A DNA stretch of 61,486 nucleotides from an uncultured Candidatus Saccharibacteria bacterium (GCA_964432765.1 CAYSOT010000003.1:1-61486), one strand, 5' to 3'; numbered from the stretch's first letter, positions 26,025-36,248 are shown. Made by a program: numbers and translations. Notes: a model not told the origin generated them from the letters alone.

Positions 26025-26262
26025 GGCGTGACTCGTCCCTGACTTGCTCGACGAACGAAGCTGATATTAGGAAATCTCCCCGCCAACTCGCCGCGACAGC
26101 GGCCTCTTCGCAGAGCACATCACGATGCTCCTCGGGTGCATCGGTAATCATCTCTCTGACCAGCCCGTACTCGCCGCACGAAGCAGCGGCCTGGAGCGTG
26201 TGAACAAGGGGGTTTTCTTCAGGAGTCAGACTAAGAGACGGCTGCTCTTTAGTGCTTCTCAT
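25957..26262 (-). CDS. Hypothetical protein
   Basis: TAAATG junction with the mltG stop suggests translational coupling. Confidence 0.55.
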   Translation of the reverse strand: MRSTKEQPSLSLTPEENPLVHTLQAAASCGEYGLVREMITDAPEEHRDVLCEEAAVAASWRGDFLISASFVEQVRDESRLIDLQERLRLAERGFQEYLASL

Positions 26263-27270
26263 TTATTGCAGGTGCTTAGAAATGTTTTGCTCGTGCTCTT
26301 CGTTGGTTTTCGCGAAGTACGTCTTGCCATCACGCCCCGTTAGATAGAATAGGTAATCCGATTCTTTTGGATAAAGCGCGGCTTGTAGGGCAGTCAAACC
26401 AGGATTTGAAATTGGCCCCGGTGGAAGTCCTTTCACTTTCCGGGTGTTGTATGGATTGTTTGAATTTAGATCGTCGACTGTCAGCGAAGCGGTCGGCTTC
26501 CCAAGAGCATAGCGAGTTGTCGCATCTATATCCAAGCGAATTCCTTGATTGAGGCGGTTATAAATAATGCCGCCAACGAGCGCTCGATCTGTCTCTGAGC
26601 GAACCTCCTCCTCAATCATCGAGGCAACTATTACCGTTTCGTAAAAATTCTTCACTGGGCGATCCTTGGCACCCTCTCCTTCATTGAGTTTCGTCTCATA
26701 AATCCGCTTGAATTGGTCAAGCATAATTTTGGCAACATCAGCTTCTGTAGTTCCTGCCTTTGGTACGGCATAGGTTTCTGGGTACAAAAATCCCTCAAGT
26801 GTAGCGTCGCTCGGTGCGTCTTTTAGAAATGTATATTCTGGGAAGTCCTTCGCTTTCAGGCTCTTGAACTTCCCTTCGTCAACAATGCCTTTATCGGCCA
26901 GTGAAGAGGCAACCTGGTCGAGTGTCCATCCTTCCTTGATAGTGAAGAAGCGCTGTTCTGGTTGCCGCGTCAAGGCCTGGGCAACCACCGGAGCTCTTTG
27001 GGCACAAGAAACTGAATGCGCTCCAGACTGAAACTTCGGTGACAGTCCATTGATCCGCACATGCAGCCCAAATGCGAACGTCGACTTGATCACCCCTTGT
27101 GATTTCAGTGCCGAACCTATTTCTGTAAGCGTTTCGTTTTCTCGAATTTCAACGACTCTTTCCTGGCCATCGTTGCTTTTACAGGGTGCTCCCAAGGCGT
27201 TCGAATACCACAACAGTAGAAGCAGTAACGCCACAAATAAACTTCCGCCAACAATTAACCATCGCTTCAT
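26263..27270 (-). CDS. mltG: Endolytic transglycosylase MltG (YceG)
   Basis: TM anchor, LEGFLYPETY, ASMIEEE, YNRL, SNNPYNT, GLPPGPISNPG. Confidence 0.96.
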   Translation of the reverse strand: MKRWLIVGGSLFVALLLLLLWYSNALGAPCKSNDGQERVVEIRENETLTEIGSALKSQGVIKSTFAFGLHVRINGLSPKFQSGAHSVSCAQRAPVVAQALTRQPEQRFFTIKEGWTLDQVASSLADKGIVDEGKFKSLKAKDFPEYTFLKDAPSDATLEGFLYPETYAVPKAGTTEADVAKIMLDQFKRIYETKLNEGEGAKDRPVKNFYETVIVASMIEEEVRSETDRALVGGIIYNRLNQGIRLDIDATTRYALGKPTASLTVDDLNSNNPYNTRKVKGLPPGPISNPGLTALQAALYPKESDYLFYLTGRDGKTYFAKTNEEHEQNISKHLQ

Positions 27271-27623
27271 TGGTGCTCCGCAAGATACCCGCGTAGCATA
27301 CCACAGGCAGCAGCATCGTCTGTTCCGTTTTCCACCGTTGTTGCGGTCTCATCCTCGTACATAATTTCGATTGATTCTGGGAACTTGAGCGACTCGACTA
27401 TACGCTCAGTTGCAGCCACCTGCTCACCAAGCGAGCCATCAAGGCTGCGTGGCCTCCCAATTACAATTGTGCCTACTTCATAGGACTCAAGTACGTCCAA
27501 GATTGCCGCTTGAAGATTAGTTGTCTCAACAACCATCAGTGGCCTGGCTGTTAAGCGAAGCTCATCACTTATTGCAATGCCCGTCCGCACAGTTCCTATA
27601 TCAAGACCGAGTACGCGGGTCAT
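27267..27623 (-). CDS. ruvX: YqgF/RuvX family nuclease (short)
   Basis: VLGLDIGTVRTGIAISD, IVIGRP, DE..TT, DDAAA. Confidence 0.9.
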   Translation of the reverse strand: MTRVLGLDIGTVRTGIAISDELRLTARPLMVVETTNLQAAILDVLESYEVGTIVIGRPRSLDGSLGEQVAATERIVESLKFPESIEIMYEDETATTVENGTDDAAACGMLRGYLAEHQ

Positions 27624-27625
27624 AT

Positions 27626-29335
27626 TTATATGCCAATAGTCGGAGAGGGGCTTGGAGATGGTTCAGGAGCGACAAAGTTGATTGTCACATTGTTATTGCG
27701 CTTTGGAACGGTACGAACCCAGAAGGGCGAAAGGGTAATTTTGACATCCTTGATACCGATTGCCGCCAATGCCTCTCTGGCAGCTTCTGGGGTTTTGCCC
27801 TCGACTGTGCGTTTTATCTCTTCTTTAGAAACTTGTAGCGTAACGGCTGTCTGGATGATGAGGTTGCCCGTTAGCGTATCAGCCGAGACGTTAGTTGCTG
27901 CAAACGAAAGTTTCGTCGCAGAATCGACGATATCTGACCCGACAGGCACTTTCCCGTTCAAGGCGGCATCGCGTAGCTTTCGGTAATCATCTTCGCTATA
28001 GGTAAAGTATCGTATTTGCACACGGCCTGTTACGGTAACCGTTTTTCCGGCAGAGCCAACTTTTGGCGAAGCGGTGCTGGTCAGAATATTGGTCGCAACC
28101 ACCTGAGGGCTTATTGCATAACCAACGGCCAGTTTCTGTTTCGCTTCAGCAAGTCCGTCTTGAGCGGCCGAAGCAGCTAGCTCGGCTCGCGCTTTGTCAA
28201 CATCGGCTTTTGAGACTTCGCTTCCCGGGGTTGAGGTGCCCCCCGAAAAGGCTGTCTCGACTTGCCCATACACTGCGTCAGTTCCTCCAAGCCCAGGAAT
28301 AGTTAAACGCGTCCCAGCAGGCAGATTACCGTCTTCACCGCCATCGTCAGCCGTCACAGACACTTTCTGCTGCCCGCCTGCAGGGACAGTAACAGCTGCC
28401 TGAGTACGGAAAATGCGACCGCTAGATGTTTGGAACCTAGTCTTATTCACAAGTGGCTGCGTCTTCGAGAGTGTGTTTACAACGACAATTTCGCCAGAGG
28501 CTTTCTCTCCAGCATTGCTTGTACCAGTCGTGTCTACTGTTGCTGAAGCGTCTTTGGTCACTTCAATCACTTTCGCCGGTAACGTACTTGTTTTCTGGTC
28601 GAAGCTCGCCGCACGAGCAGAAAAAATCACCGGTTGTGAAACTTCCAATGGTTCTGTTCTTGGAACAACCGCAAGCGTTGCTTTTGGCAAGAAGACGTAA
28701 CCTGCGACGGCAGCAAACGCGAGTGATCCAGCAGCAACACTGACCAATACCCGACGTCGACGCAGGATCGCGCCAAGCGCCAAACTCTTCTTTGGGCTCT
28801 TACGTTGTTTCTTTGCGGTCTCATCGTGTCGAGGGGTTTCCGGGTGCTCTTGTGTCTTTCCTTTGGTTGGCTTACCCGCCTTGACCTTCTTTATCGGTAC
28901 AACTATCGCCCCGGGAACTTCTTTTTCATCTGCCGAATCTGCCTGGGCTGTTTCCTTAACGGTTTCTTTAATCTCGTGCTTCTCAAGTTTAGCTGGCTCG
29001 TCGGTGCGCGGCTTTTTCTTGAATGCAATTGCCACGGGAGTGCCCGGCTTTTCGCTGGTCGCTGTTTTTGTGACTTTCTCAACTTCTGGCAGTCGTTGAT
29101 GCACTGTAAGGCCAACGGCTGATGCGAGATTGCGACCAGTTTTATCGGTCGTGACTATTGAGAGGCGCTTTCCCATTGCCTCACTTTGGCGACGTAGCAA
29201 CTTTAGGTTGATGATGCTCTGGAGGATGCCGGCCCGCTTCGGTACGACAATCGCAATTTCCTGATCATCAATCGCCTTTAGCCGATCTACGACCGAAGTG
29301 ATTTCTTCATCTGGCTCGAGATAGAGTGCTTTCAT
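27626..29335 (-). CDS. Bitopic membrane protein with a baseplate-J-like extracellular region
   Basis: N-terminal LYLEPDEEITSVVDRL domain, K-rich linker, TM, then KTRFQTSSGRIFRT...VTADDGGEDGNL; baseplate-J likeness is from memory. Confidence 0.65.
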   Translation of the reverse strand: MKALYLEPDEEITSVVDRLKAIDDQEIAIVVPKRAGILQSIINLKLLRRQSEAMGKRLSIVTTDKTGRNLASAVGLTVHQRLPEVEKVTKTATSEKPGTPVAIAFKKKPRTDEPAKLEKHEIKETVKETAQADSADEKEVPGAIVVPIKKVKAGKPTKGKTQEHPETPRHDETAKKQRKSPKKSLALGAILRRRRVLVSVAAGSLAFAAVAGYVFLPKATLAVVPRTEPLEVSQPVIFSARAASFDQKTSTLPAKVIEVTKDASATVDTTGTSNAGEKASGEIVVVNTLSKTQPLVNKTRFQTSSGRIFRTQAAVTVPAGGQQKVSVTADDGGEDGNLPAGTRLTIPGLGGTDAVYGQVETAFSGGTSTPGSEVSKADVDKARAELAASAAQDGLAEAKQKLAVGYAISPQVVATNILTSTASPKVGSAGKTVTVTGRVQIRYFTYSEDDYRKLRDAALNGKVPVGSDIVDSATKLSFAATNVSADTLTGNLIIQTAVTLQVSKEEIKRTVEGKTPEAAREALAAIGIKDVKITLSPFWVRTVPKRNNNVTINFVAPEPSPSPSPTIGI

Positions 29336-29340
29336 AGACT

Positions 29341-30609
29341 TCAGTTTGCCATAGCGCGTACAGTGCGCCTCAATAATGATGGTAACAGCTCTTCATGTCC
29401 CGCAAGATCGAGAGCGAGGTTTGCTAGCGCCATCGGTGTCACATCTTGCTGAGACTTAAGTATGCCAGTCGAGTCTTTCACGTTAGAAACTTCGCTTGGA
29501 TTAATAAAATGGACCGACGGTTTCTTGGCGAACGGCAGCGACTTGTACCAACTAGCCCCTTGCAACTGTTTTCTGATCTCTGGAAGAGCAGAACCACCTC
29601 CACAAAGCAACACTCGCGATGGCAGGATATCGAGATTACCAAACTCAGCGAGCGTTAATTCAACGCCCGATAACCAGACCGCAGCATCTCCTTCCATGGC
29701 CTCTCGAACCACTTTCATCGACGGGGCATCAAGCCCTGAGGCAGCATACCCCAGCTTGATGCGCTCTGCTTCTTCGAACGGAACATTCAGGGTCGAGGCG
29801 AGGCGTTTGGTAAAGCTACGACCTCCAAGCGCAAACATCTTCGTGCCGACAAGGCCACCATTGTTTACGACGGCCACGTCTGTTGTACCGCCTCCGATAT
29901 CGACAAAGACTGCTGAAAATTCAGCTTGATCCTCAATCCCCATACAACGAGCTACTGCATACGGCTCTGCCGCAATGCTCAAGAGATCAAGTCCAAGCTC
30001 TTCGGGAATTGCTTGCAGAGCGGTCAGATGAACAAGCGGCGCGAAGGCGTTAAATATTCCGATAGTTACGTCCTTACCCTGGAATCCAACTGGGTTTGTT
30101 ACGCGATAGCCATCTATACGCACATCAACAATCGCCGCGTTAACGAGCTTTACATCGATTTCGTTATGGCCAGTCTCCCAGGCTAATTGCTGCCTAACCT
30201 GATCAAATGCTTTCCACTGAACCTTGTGCACAATGTTTTTCAATTCTGCCAGGTCTATCTTCGAGTCCGGACGAGCCCGTTCATAGTGCACCGTTGTCGT
30301 TGCTCCTTTGACAAGTTCACCGGCTATTCCCATAACCACCTGCTCCGGCATCACCCCGGCCATTTCTTCGGCTCTGGCAAGTGCAATCTCACAGTTTTCG
30401 ATAACACCGGTGATATCTGTTACCGCACCTGCCTGCATATCACCGAGTTTTTGACGTTGGCGTCCGACGCCTAAAACAACGGCCTTATCTTCGACAATTT
30501 CACAAATCAGTGCTTTTACGAATTCTGTCCCGATATCCAAGGAAATAAAGTAGTTCGCAAGCGGTGTTTCGCTGCGTACAATGCCCGATAATTTATCAAG
30601 AATACCCAT
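29341..30609 (-). CDS. ftsA: FtsA-like actin-family ATPase
   Basis: LDIGTEFVK, VRIDGY, AEPYAVA, VDIGGGTTD, AERIKL, LCGGGS. It may be a divergent paralog. Confidence 0.75.
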   Translation of the reverse strand: MGILDKLSGIVRSETPLANYFISLDIGTEFVKALICEIVEDKAVVLGVGRQRQKLGDMQAGAVTDITGVIENCEIALARAEEMAGVMPEQVVMGIAGELVKGATTTVHYERARPDSKIDLAELKNIVHKVQWKAFDQVRQQLAWETGHNEIDVKLVNAAIVDVRIDGYRVTNPVGFQGKDVTIGIFNAFAPLVHLTALQAIPEELGLDLLSIAAEPYAVARCMGIEDQAEFSAVFVDIGGGTTDVAVVNNGGLVGTKMFALGGRSFTKRLASTLNVPFEEAERIKLGYAASGLDAPSMKVVREAMEGDAAVWLSGVELTLAEFGNLDILPSRVLLCGGGSALPEIRKQLQGASWYKSLPFAKKPSVHFINPSEVSNVKDSTGILKSQQDVTPMALANLALDLAGHEELLPSLLRRTVRAMAN

Positions 30610-30665
30610 AGATTGTGTATGTTTTCACGTACGTCGTCATTGTACATCTGACGACAAAGGCTCGC

Positions 30666-32414
30666 TTACTCCACCACCGCCTTCACGCGCCGCACTCCGG
30701 CCCCAACAGACTCTTGTTTCGTAATTCTGAAGTTACCAATTAAACCAGTATGCGTAACATGAGGACCGCCGCAGAATTCTTTTGAGGTCGCACTTTCTGG
30801 ATCTCCGACAAAGTAGACTGAAACAGTCTCGGGATATTTGTGTCCGAATTCCATTTGGGCACCGATTCGCTCAGCCTCAGCTCTTGGCATCTCTCGACGC
30901 GTAACTTGGAGGTCTTCTTTAATCCACTCATTCACCTGTGCTTCAATTTGGTGTACTTGCTCGGGAGTTAGCTTTTCGGGATGTGAAAAGTCGAATCGTA
31001 GGCGCTCGGCTGTAATGTTCGAACCACGCTGCTTCACATGTTCACCAAGCACATTCTGCAGGGCAGCATTCAGAAGGTGGGTCGCGGTATGAAGCTTCAC
31101 TACTTCATCTGAGTGGTCGGCGAGACCGCCGGCAAACTTCTGTTCTGCCCCACTGCGTGACTTTGCCTGGTGCTCTGCAAACGCTGCCTTAAAATCACGG
31201 CGCAGGGCCACTTCATCAATATCGGCTTTATGCTGCTTCAGTTCTTCGATTCCCAGCTCAAAAGGAAAACCATAGGTCTCAAACAAGAAAAAGAGCTCTT
31301 TACCTGTAAGCGTTTTACGCTTTTCAAACTCCTTAATACCACGTTCTATGGTGCGAGCGAACTTCGCCTCTTCTCCTGTGAGCTCAGCGATAATCGCGCC
31401 CTCTTCTCTCGTTAACTCTGGGTAGGCCGCCGCATATTCACCGATAACCGCTCGCGCAATTGTCTCTACAAATGGCACTTCAATGCCGAGATGCCTTGCC
31501 TGCCGTATCGCCCGTCGAATGAGCCGCCGAAGAATGTAGCCGCGTTCTACGTTTGAGGGCTTCACGCCATCTGCCACCATAAATGTTGCGGCCTTTAAGT
31601 GATCAGCGACGATGCGTGCAGCGCGTAGGTCGTATTTTTTTGAAATTTTTGCAATGCTCCCAAGTAACGGTGCAAAGAGGTCCGTGTCGTAAATATTGTC
31701 TGCCTCTTGCATGATCGCGCTGATACGCTCGAGACCCATTCCAGTGTCTACGTTACGCTGCGCCAAAGCCTCAAATGTGCCTTCATGCGTTTTGTTGTAC
31801 TGCATGAAGACGTTATTCCAAACTTCAATCCAGCGATCATCCGTCGCCGGCTCTCCGCTTGGCTTTCCGTCACCTACCCAATAAAAGACCTCTGTATCTG
31901 GACCACACGGACCTGTCTCGCCGGCTGGTCCCCACCAGTTGTCTTCTTTGCCATAGTAGTAAACCCGATCGCCTGGGAAATTTGGTTGTTTCCGCCAGAT
32001 GGTAGCCGCTTCTTCATCGCGCGGCGCGTCATCATCCCCGGCAAAAACTGAAACCGCCATTTGGTCTGCCTTGAGCCCAAGCACTTTGGTAAGAAATTCC
32101 CACGTCCAAGCTATCGACTCTTCTTTAAAATAATCACCGAGCGACCAGTTCCCGAGCATTTCCAGGAATGTAGCATGCGTATCGTCGCCAACTTCATCAA
32201 TATCTGTGGTGCGGATACATTTCTGAACGCTCGCAAGTCGTTTGCCACCAGGGTGAGGCTCTCCAAGCAGATAAGGGACTAGTGGATGCATACCTGCCGT
32301 AATAAAAAGAACCGTTGGATCGTGTTGTGGAACTACCGGAGCACTGGGCAATATTGCATGCCCCCGATCAGCAAAGAAGGACAGAAAAGCCGATCTGATC
32401 TCGCCCGACTTCAT
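30666..32414 (-). CDS. alaS: Alanine--tRNA ligase, lacking the C-Ala domain (582 aa)
   Basis: QKCIRT, HATFLEMLGNWSLGDYFK, DTGMGLER, HTATHLL and CGGPH editing motifs. Confidence 0.97.
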   Translation of the reverse strand: MKSGEIRSAFLSFFADRGHAILPSAPVVPQHDPTVLFITAGMHPLVPYLLGEPHPGGKRLASVQKCIRTTDIDEVGDDTHATFLEMLGNWSLGDYFKEESIAWTWEFLTKVLGLKADQMAVSVFAGDDDAPRDEEAATIWRKQPNFPGDRVYYYGKEDNWWGPAGETGPCGPDTEVFYWVGDGKPSGEPATDDRWIEVWNNVFMQYNKTHEGTFEALAQRNVDTGMGLERISAIMQEADNIYDTDLFAPLLGSIAKISKKYDLRAARIVADHLKAATFMVADGVKPSNVERGYILRRLIRRAIRQARHLGIEVPFVETIARAVIGEYAAAYPELTREEGAIIAELTGEEAKFARTIERGIKEFEKRKTLTGKELFFLFETYGFPFELGIEELKQHKADIDEVALRRDFKAAFAEHQAKSRSGAEQKFAGGLADHSDEVVKLHTATHLLNAALQNVLGEHVKQRGSNITAERLRFDFSHPEKLTPEQVHQIEAQVNEWIKEDLQVTRREMPRAEAERIGAQMEFGHKYPETVSVYFVGDPESATSKEFCGGPHVTHTGLIGNFRITKQESVGAGVRRVKAVVE

Positions 32415-32753
32415 CTAGCGCTTTGGCCGCTTTGGCTTTGCCTGCTTAAGGATTTCTTCCTTGGTTCGTTCTGCTTCTGCCTTACCCTCGGCCGTCGCAC
32501 TTTGAAATGTCTCAATCGCTTCGGAGAGGCTTTCCCGGAATGATTCAATAATATCCTGGACCGCTTCTGTATCCCTTAGTTGCCGCGCTTGCTTAGCGAC
32601 GGTCGATTTTGCACGTTCTTTCTGCTCATCAGTTACAAGAGCGGCGATCGCGGTTCCAATTGCGACGCCAATTGCAAACCCTCCAAAACCATTTCCGTCT
32701 TGCTTGGATTCTGTGTGCTTGTGACACTTACAATCTGGGTGTTTACATGCCAT
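32415..32753 (-). CDS. YtxH-like small membrane protein
   Basis: GFGGFAIGVAIGTAIAAL followed by a charged coiled coil. Confidence 0.65.
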   Translation of the reverse strand: MACKHPDCKCHKHTESKQDGNGFGGFAIGVAIGTAIAALVTDEQKERAKSTVAKQARQLRDTEAVQDIIESFRESLSEAIETFQSATAEGKAEAERTKEEILKQAKPKRPKR

Positions 32754-32762
32754 GGTTCCACT

Positions 32763-33800
32763 TTACCCAATGACAGCGCTACCCACCAACTCTGTACCAC
32801 TGTAGAGTGCGGCGAATTGGCCTGGTGTTGGGCCTCGCTGCTCTTCGTCAAAGGTGATCTTGAGCCCCGAATTCGTCACTTCCACCGCTGCTGGCTGGGC
32901 TTGCATCCGATATCGTATCGCGACGTCGTATTTCCCAGAACGCGGTTCTCCCGAAAGCCAGTGAGCCTGATGCGTCCTCACGAATCGTGTATAAAGATCC
33001 CGGTCATATCCGACGGTTACCGTATTATTTACTAGATCAGTTTCCAATACATACAGTGGTACAGTTGCTGAAACACCAACGCCTCTTCGCTGGCCAACGG
33101 TATAGAGCGCTGCCCCTTCATGCTGGCCGACCACAGCACCGTCTTTTGTCACAACATTACCGGTAGCCGTTGGAATCGATTCTTTTAGAAATGCTGCAAT
33201 ATCGAGATCTCCGACGAAGCAGAGGCCTTGGCTATCTGGCTTATCTGCTACCGGCAGATTTAGTCGCTTAGCCTCTTCCCGGACAGTAGTTTTCTTCCAG
33301 GTACCCAGCGGAAATAGCGCATGCTGAAGCTGTCCCTGCGAAAGCTGAGATAGAAAATAGGATTGGTCTTTTGCTGGATCGGCACCTTTGTGGAGCTTAG
33401 CGGTCACACCTTCCATCTCGATGCGCGCATAGTGACCCGTCGCGACTGCATCAAATCCCCGGTCGCGGGCCCAGTCTAGGAGAATCCCAAATTTTATCTC
33501 GCGATTACATAAGACATCCGGATTAGGTGTCCGACCCGCAGCATACTCTTCGAAAAAGTAGTTCATGACACGCTCGCGGTATTCTTCTTCAAAATTGAGA
33601 ATTTCGAGCGGAATCCCCAAGTGAGCAGCGACTCCCACAGCATCCTTCCGATCAGCAGACCATCTTGAACACCCGCGGAGGTTTCGCTCATCTGACCAGT
33701 TCTGCATATGCACAGCCAGCAGGTCGTGACCAGCACGCTGCAAAAGGGACGCGGCGACTGCCGAATCAACCCCTCCGGATATTCCAACAACTACTTTCAT
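32763..33800 (-). CDS. mnmA: tRNA 2-thiouridylase MnmA
   Basis: SGGVDS, PNPDVLCNREIKF, ATGHYA, KDQSYFL, DSQGLCF. Confidence 0.98.
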   Translation of the reverse strand: MKVVVGISGGVDSAVAASLLQRAGHDLLAVHMQNWSDERNLRGCSRWSADRKDAVGVAAHLGIPLEILNFEEEYRERVMNYFFEEYAAGRTPNPDVLCNREIKFGILLDWARDRGFDAVATGHYARIEMEGVTAKLHKGADPAKDQSYFLSQLSQGQLQHALFPLGTWKKTTVREEAKRLNLPVADKPDSQGLCFVGDLDIAAFLKESIPTATGNVVTKDGAVVGQHEGAALYTVGQRRGVGVSATVPLYVLETDLVNNTVTVGYDRDLYTRFVRTHQAHWLSGEPRSGKYDVAIRYRMQAQPAAVEVTNSGLKITFDEEQRGPTPGQFAALYSGTELVGSAVIG

Positions 33801-33858
33801 CAGTACCCCATTCTAGGGCTAAGAGTTACTTCGGGGCAACGCCCAAGCCCCACATCTA

Positions 33859-35034
33859 TCAGCTACGACGAAATGTAATGTACTGATAGACTGCATTTCG
33901 ATCGTAATACGACTCAAATCGCAAGAATGGACCTTCGATTGGATCGTGCATTACGTAGCCGTCGGGGCGCTTGTCGATTAAGACGACATAGTGTGAGAGA
34001 GTCCCCGGTCGGTCGATGTAGACAATCACCGGATTGCCACTCGCAAGTTGGCGATCGATAAAACTCCAGTCGACGGTGTTTTGACCGAGAGGATATGGGG
34101 AGTTGGCTAGCTGGAGACGACCTTCCGAGGCACCGGCAACGTTTCTCCAGTCGAGTAAGTCATCAAAGAAGGCATGAACTGAGCGGAGTTTAGCGTTAAG
34201 CTGCGATGGATTTGTCTGGATGCCATATGATTTGAAAACCATCGCGAGCGATGTGACTCCGCAACCGTAATCACCAATAGTAGATGAAGACGAAAAGCCG
34301 AGCGTCTCGTCGATCCATCTGGAATCGAGTTGATTGAAGTAATAGCCCGAGTCATCCCAAACGCGCGATCCGATACGATCCCTGGCACTTTTAGCAAAGC
34401 GGCCGGTGCGCTCAAGTTGTTCACGCATTGTTTCAAACTGAGCCCTAAAGAGAGCCTCGTCTCCTTGGGAAGTGGCGAGTAATTGCTGTTTGTTTTGACG
34501 AATTGCCGCAAGCTCATTGCGGCTTGTTTCTACACCCTCTTTAAGACGATCAAGTTCAGCCACGGAAGCGAGCAGCTGCTCTCTGGCTTGGTCTACCTTC
34601 CGCCCTGTTTGCTGAAATACCGAAAGTGCCGTTGTTGCCCTAGATTGCAGCATTGTTAAATACTGCTCGAGAGTGAGGCTTGCAGAAACTGTGTTAGCCG
34701 CAACGAGAACCGTGTAGGCAGTTGGCTCATTTCGAACATAGTCTTCGTAGACAAGGCGTGCTAGTTGCGATCGTTGCGTTTTTTGCTGAGCAAGCAGTAA
34801 CGACAGATCTCTATTCGTGCTTTGTATCTTCTCTCGCAGCGATTCAATACGAGCGCTAGCTTCACGTACCTCTTGCTCCTTAGCAGAGACTGCTGCATCT
34901 AGCACAGCAACCTCATCCGATAACGTCGAAACTTCGGCAGCCGCCTTCGAAAGGTTGCGCTGCGCGTTACTGAGATCGTCTGCCAGTACGGAGGATGGGA
35001 ACAATAGCAGCGCTACTAGAAATAGATACTTCAT
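33859..35034 (-). CDS. Secreted coiled-coil protein with a C39-like peptidase domain
   Basis: Signal peptide MKYLFLVALLLFPSSVLA, coiled coil, YFNQLD..W, GCGVTSLAMV, HYVVL; ATGA overlap with the upstream gene. Confidence 0.8.
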   Translation of the reverse strand: MKYLFLVALLLFPSSVLADDLSNAQRNLSKAAAEVSTLSDEVAVLDAAVSAKEQEVREASARIESLREKIQSTNRDLSLLLAQQKTQRSQLARLVYEDYVRNEPTAYTVLVAANTVSASLTLEQYLTMLQSRATTALSVFQQTGRKVDQAREQLLASVAELDRLKEGVETSRNELAAIRQNKQQLLATSQGDEALFRAQFETMREQLERTGRFAKSARDRIGSRVWDDSGYYFNQLDSRWIDETLGFSSSSTIGDYGCGVTSLAMVFKSYGIQTNPSQLNAKLRSVHAFFDDLLDWRNVAGASEGRLQLANSPYPLGQNTVDWSFIDRQLASGNPVIVYIDRPGTLSHYVVLIDKRPDGYVMHDPIEGPFLRFESYYDRNAVYQYITFRRS

Positions 35035-36248
35035 ACAACGAACGCAGAAATCGCAATAGTTGCCATCAAGAGTACGGTAATAATTCCAAATAGATTGAAG
35101 AACCAACCGTTAATATGCTTGCCCATGATTTTTCGGTTGTTACAAATGAGAAGCAAAATTACAAGCAAGACCGGAGCAATTACCCCTGCCAATACCTGAG
35201 ATAGCACGAGCGCCTTGATGACATCTACGCCAGAGAGCGCTATTACTACACCAAGAATCATCGACGCAGTAAGTGTCAGATAAAACCCGGGGGCTTTTCT
35301 CACTTTCTTCTCAAACCCATCTTTCCACCCAAACGTCTCAGCCATGACAAATGCCGTCGATCCCGTAAGCACTGGTACTGCGAGTGCTCCCGCCCCAATG
35401 AGTCCTATGGCGAAAAGGAGTGTGCTTGCGCTCCCAGCTAGTGGCTCCAGCGCCCGAGCCGCGTCAGCAGCGGTTCGAATTTCTATACCGCTTGAATAGA
35501 GCGTCGCAGCAGTCGTCAGAATGATAAAGAAAACAATTGCATGAAGGTAAATCATTCCCGCGTTTACGTCCACTAACGCGTCTTTAAGGGAAGCCTTGGT
35601 GTGTTTAGTGTGGAGCTCCTCGACCTCCTCGGCGCTCTGCCAGAAGAATAGGTACGGTGTAATCGTGGTTCCAAGTACGGCGACTGCAATAGTTAGAAAG
35701 GTCGCGTTCCATTCAAGATGCGGGATCAGCGTGTTGTGCAGGGCATACAGCCAGTCAGGCTTAGCCAGAATGGCTGCAAAAATATAGGCGAAGAAAACAA
35801 GTGTGAGCCATTTGAGCACCGATTCAATAGTGTCGTAGCTTTCGTACAATTCTACCAAGAGGATTATTAAGGCCACTGGTGCGATAAAGAGTGTTATATC
35901 AACGTTTGGGAAAAGCAGATTTAATCCAGCGGCAATACCAAGTAAATCGGCCGCAATGATGGGTATATTCGAAATTATTAGAAGTGCCGCTGCTAGGTAC
36001 AGAACCCATTTTGGATAGTTCTTCCTAATAACTGCTGCCAAACCCTGGCGCGTGATCAAGCCGACTTTGGCACACATACCCTGAACAGCGATCGTCATGG
36101 GTAGTGTTGCGACCGATAACCATAAAAGCGAGTAGCCAGTGGACGCTCCTGCAACTGAATAGGTCGAAATACCCGATGGATCGTTATCAGCCGCACCAGT
36201 GACAAGCCCTGGTCCTAACTTTCTAAAAAATCGGCGGATAGATTTCAT
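35031..36248 (-). CDS. Nramp-family divalent metal transporter
   Basis: GPGLVTGAADNDPSGISTYS and GTTITPY motifs, multiple TMs. Confidence 0.92.
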   Translation of the reverse strand: MKSIRRFFRKLGPGLVTGAADNDPSGISTYSVAGASTGYSLLWLSVATLPMTIAVQGMCAKVGLITRQGLAAVIRKNYPKWVLYLAAALLIISNIPIIAADLLGIAAGLNLLFPNVDITLFIAPVALIILLVELYESYDTIESVLKWLTLVFFAYIFAAILAKPDWLYALHNTLIPHLEWNATFLTIAVAVLGTTITPYLFFWQSAEEVEELHTKHTKASLKDALVDVNAGMIYLHAIVFFIILTTAATLYSSGIEIRTAADAARALEPLAGSASTLLFAIGLIGAGALAVPVLTGSTAFVMAETFGWKDGFEKKVRKAPGFYLTLTASMILGVVIALSGVDVIKALVLSQVLAGVIAPVLLVILLLICNNRKIMGKHINGWFFNLFGIITVLLMATIAISAFVV

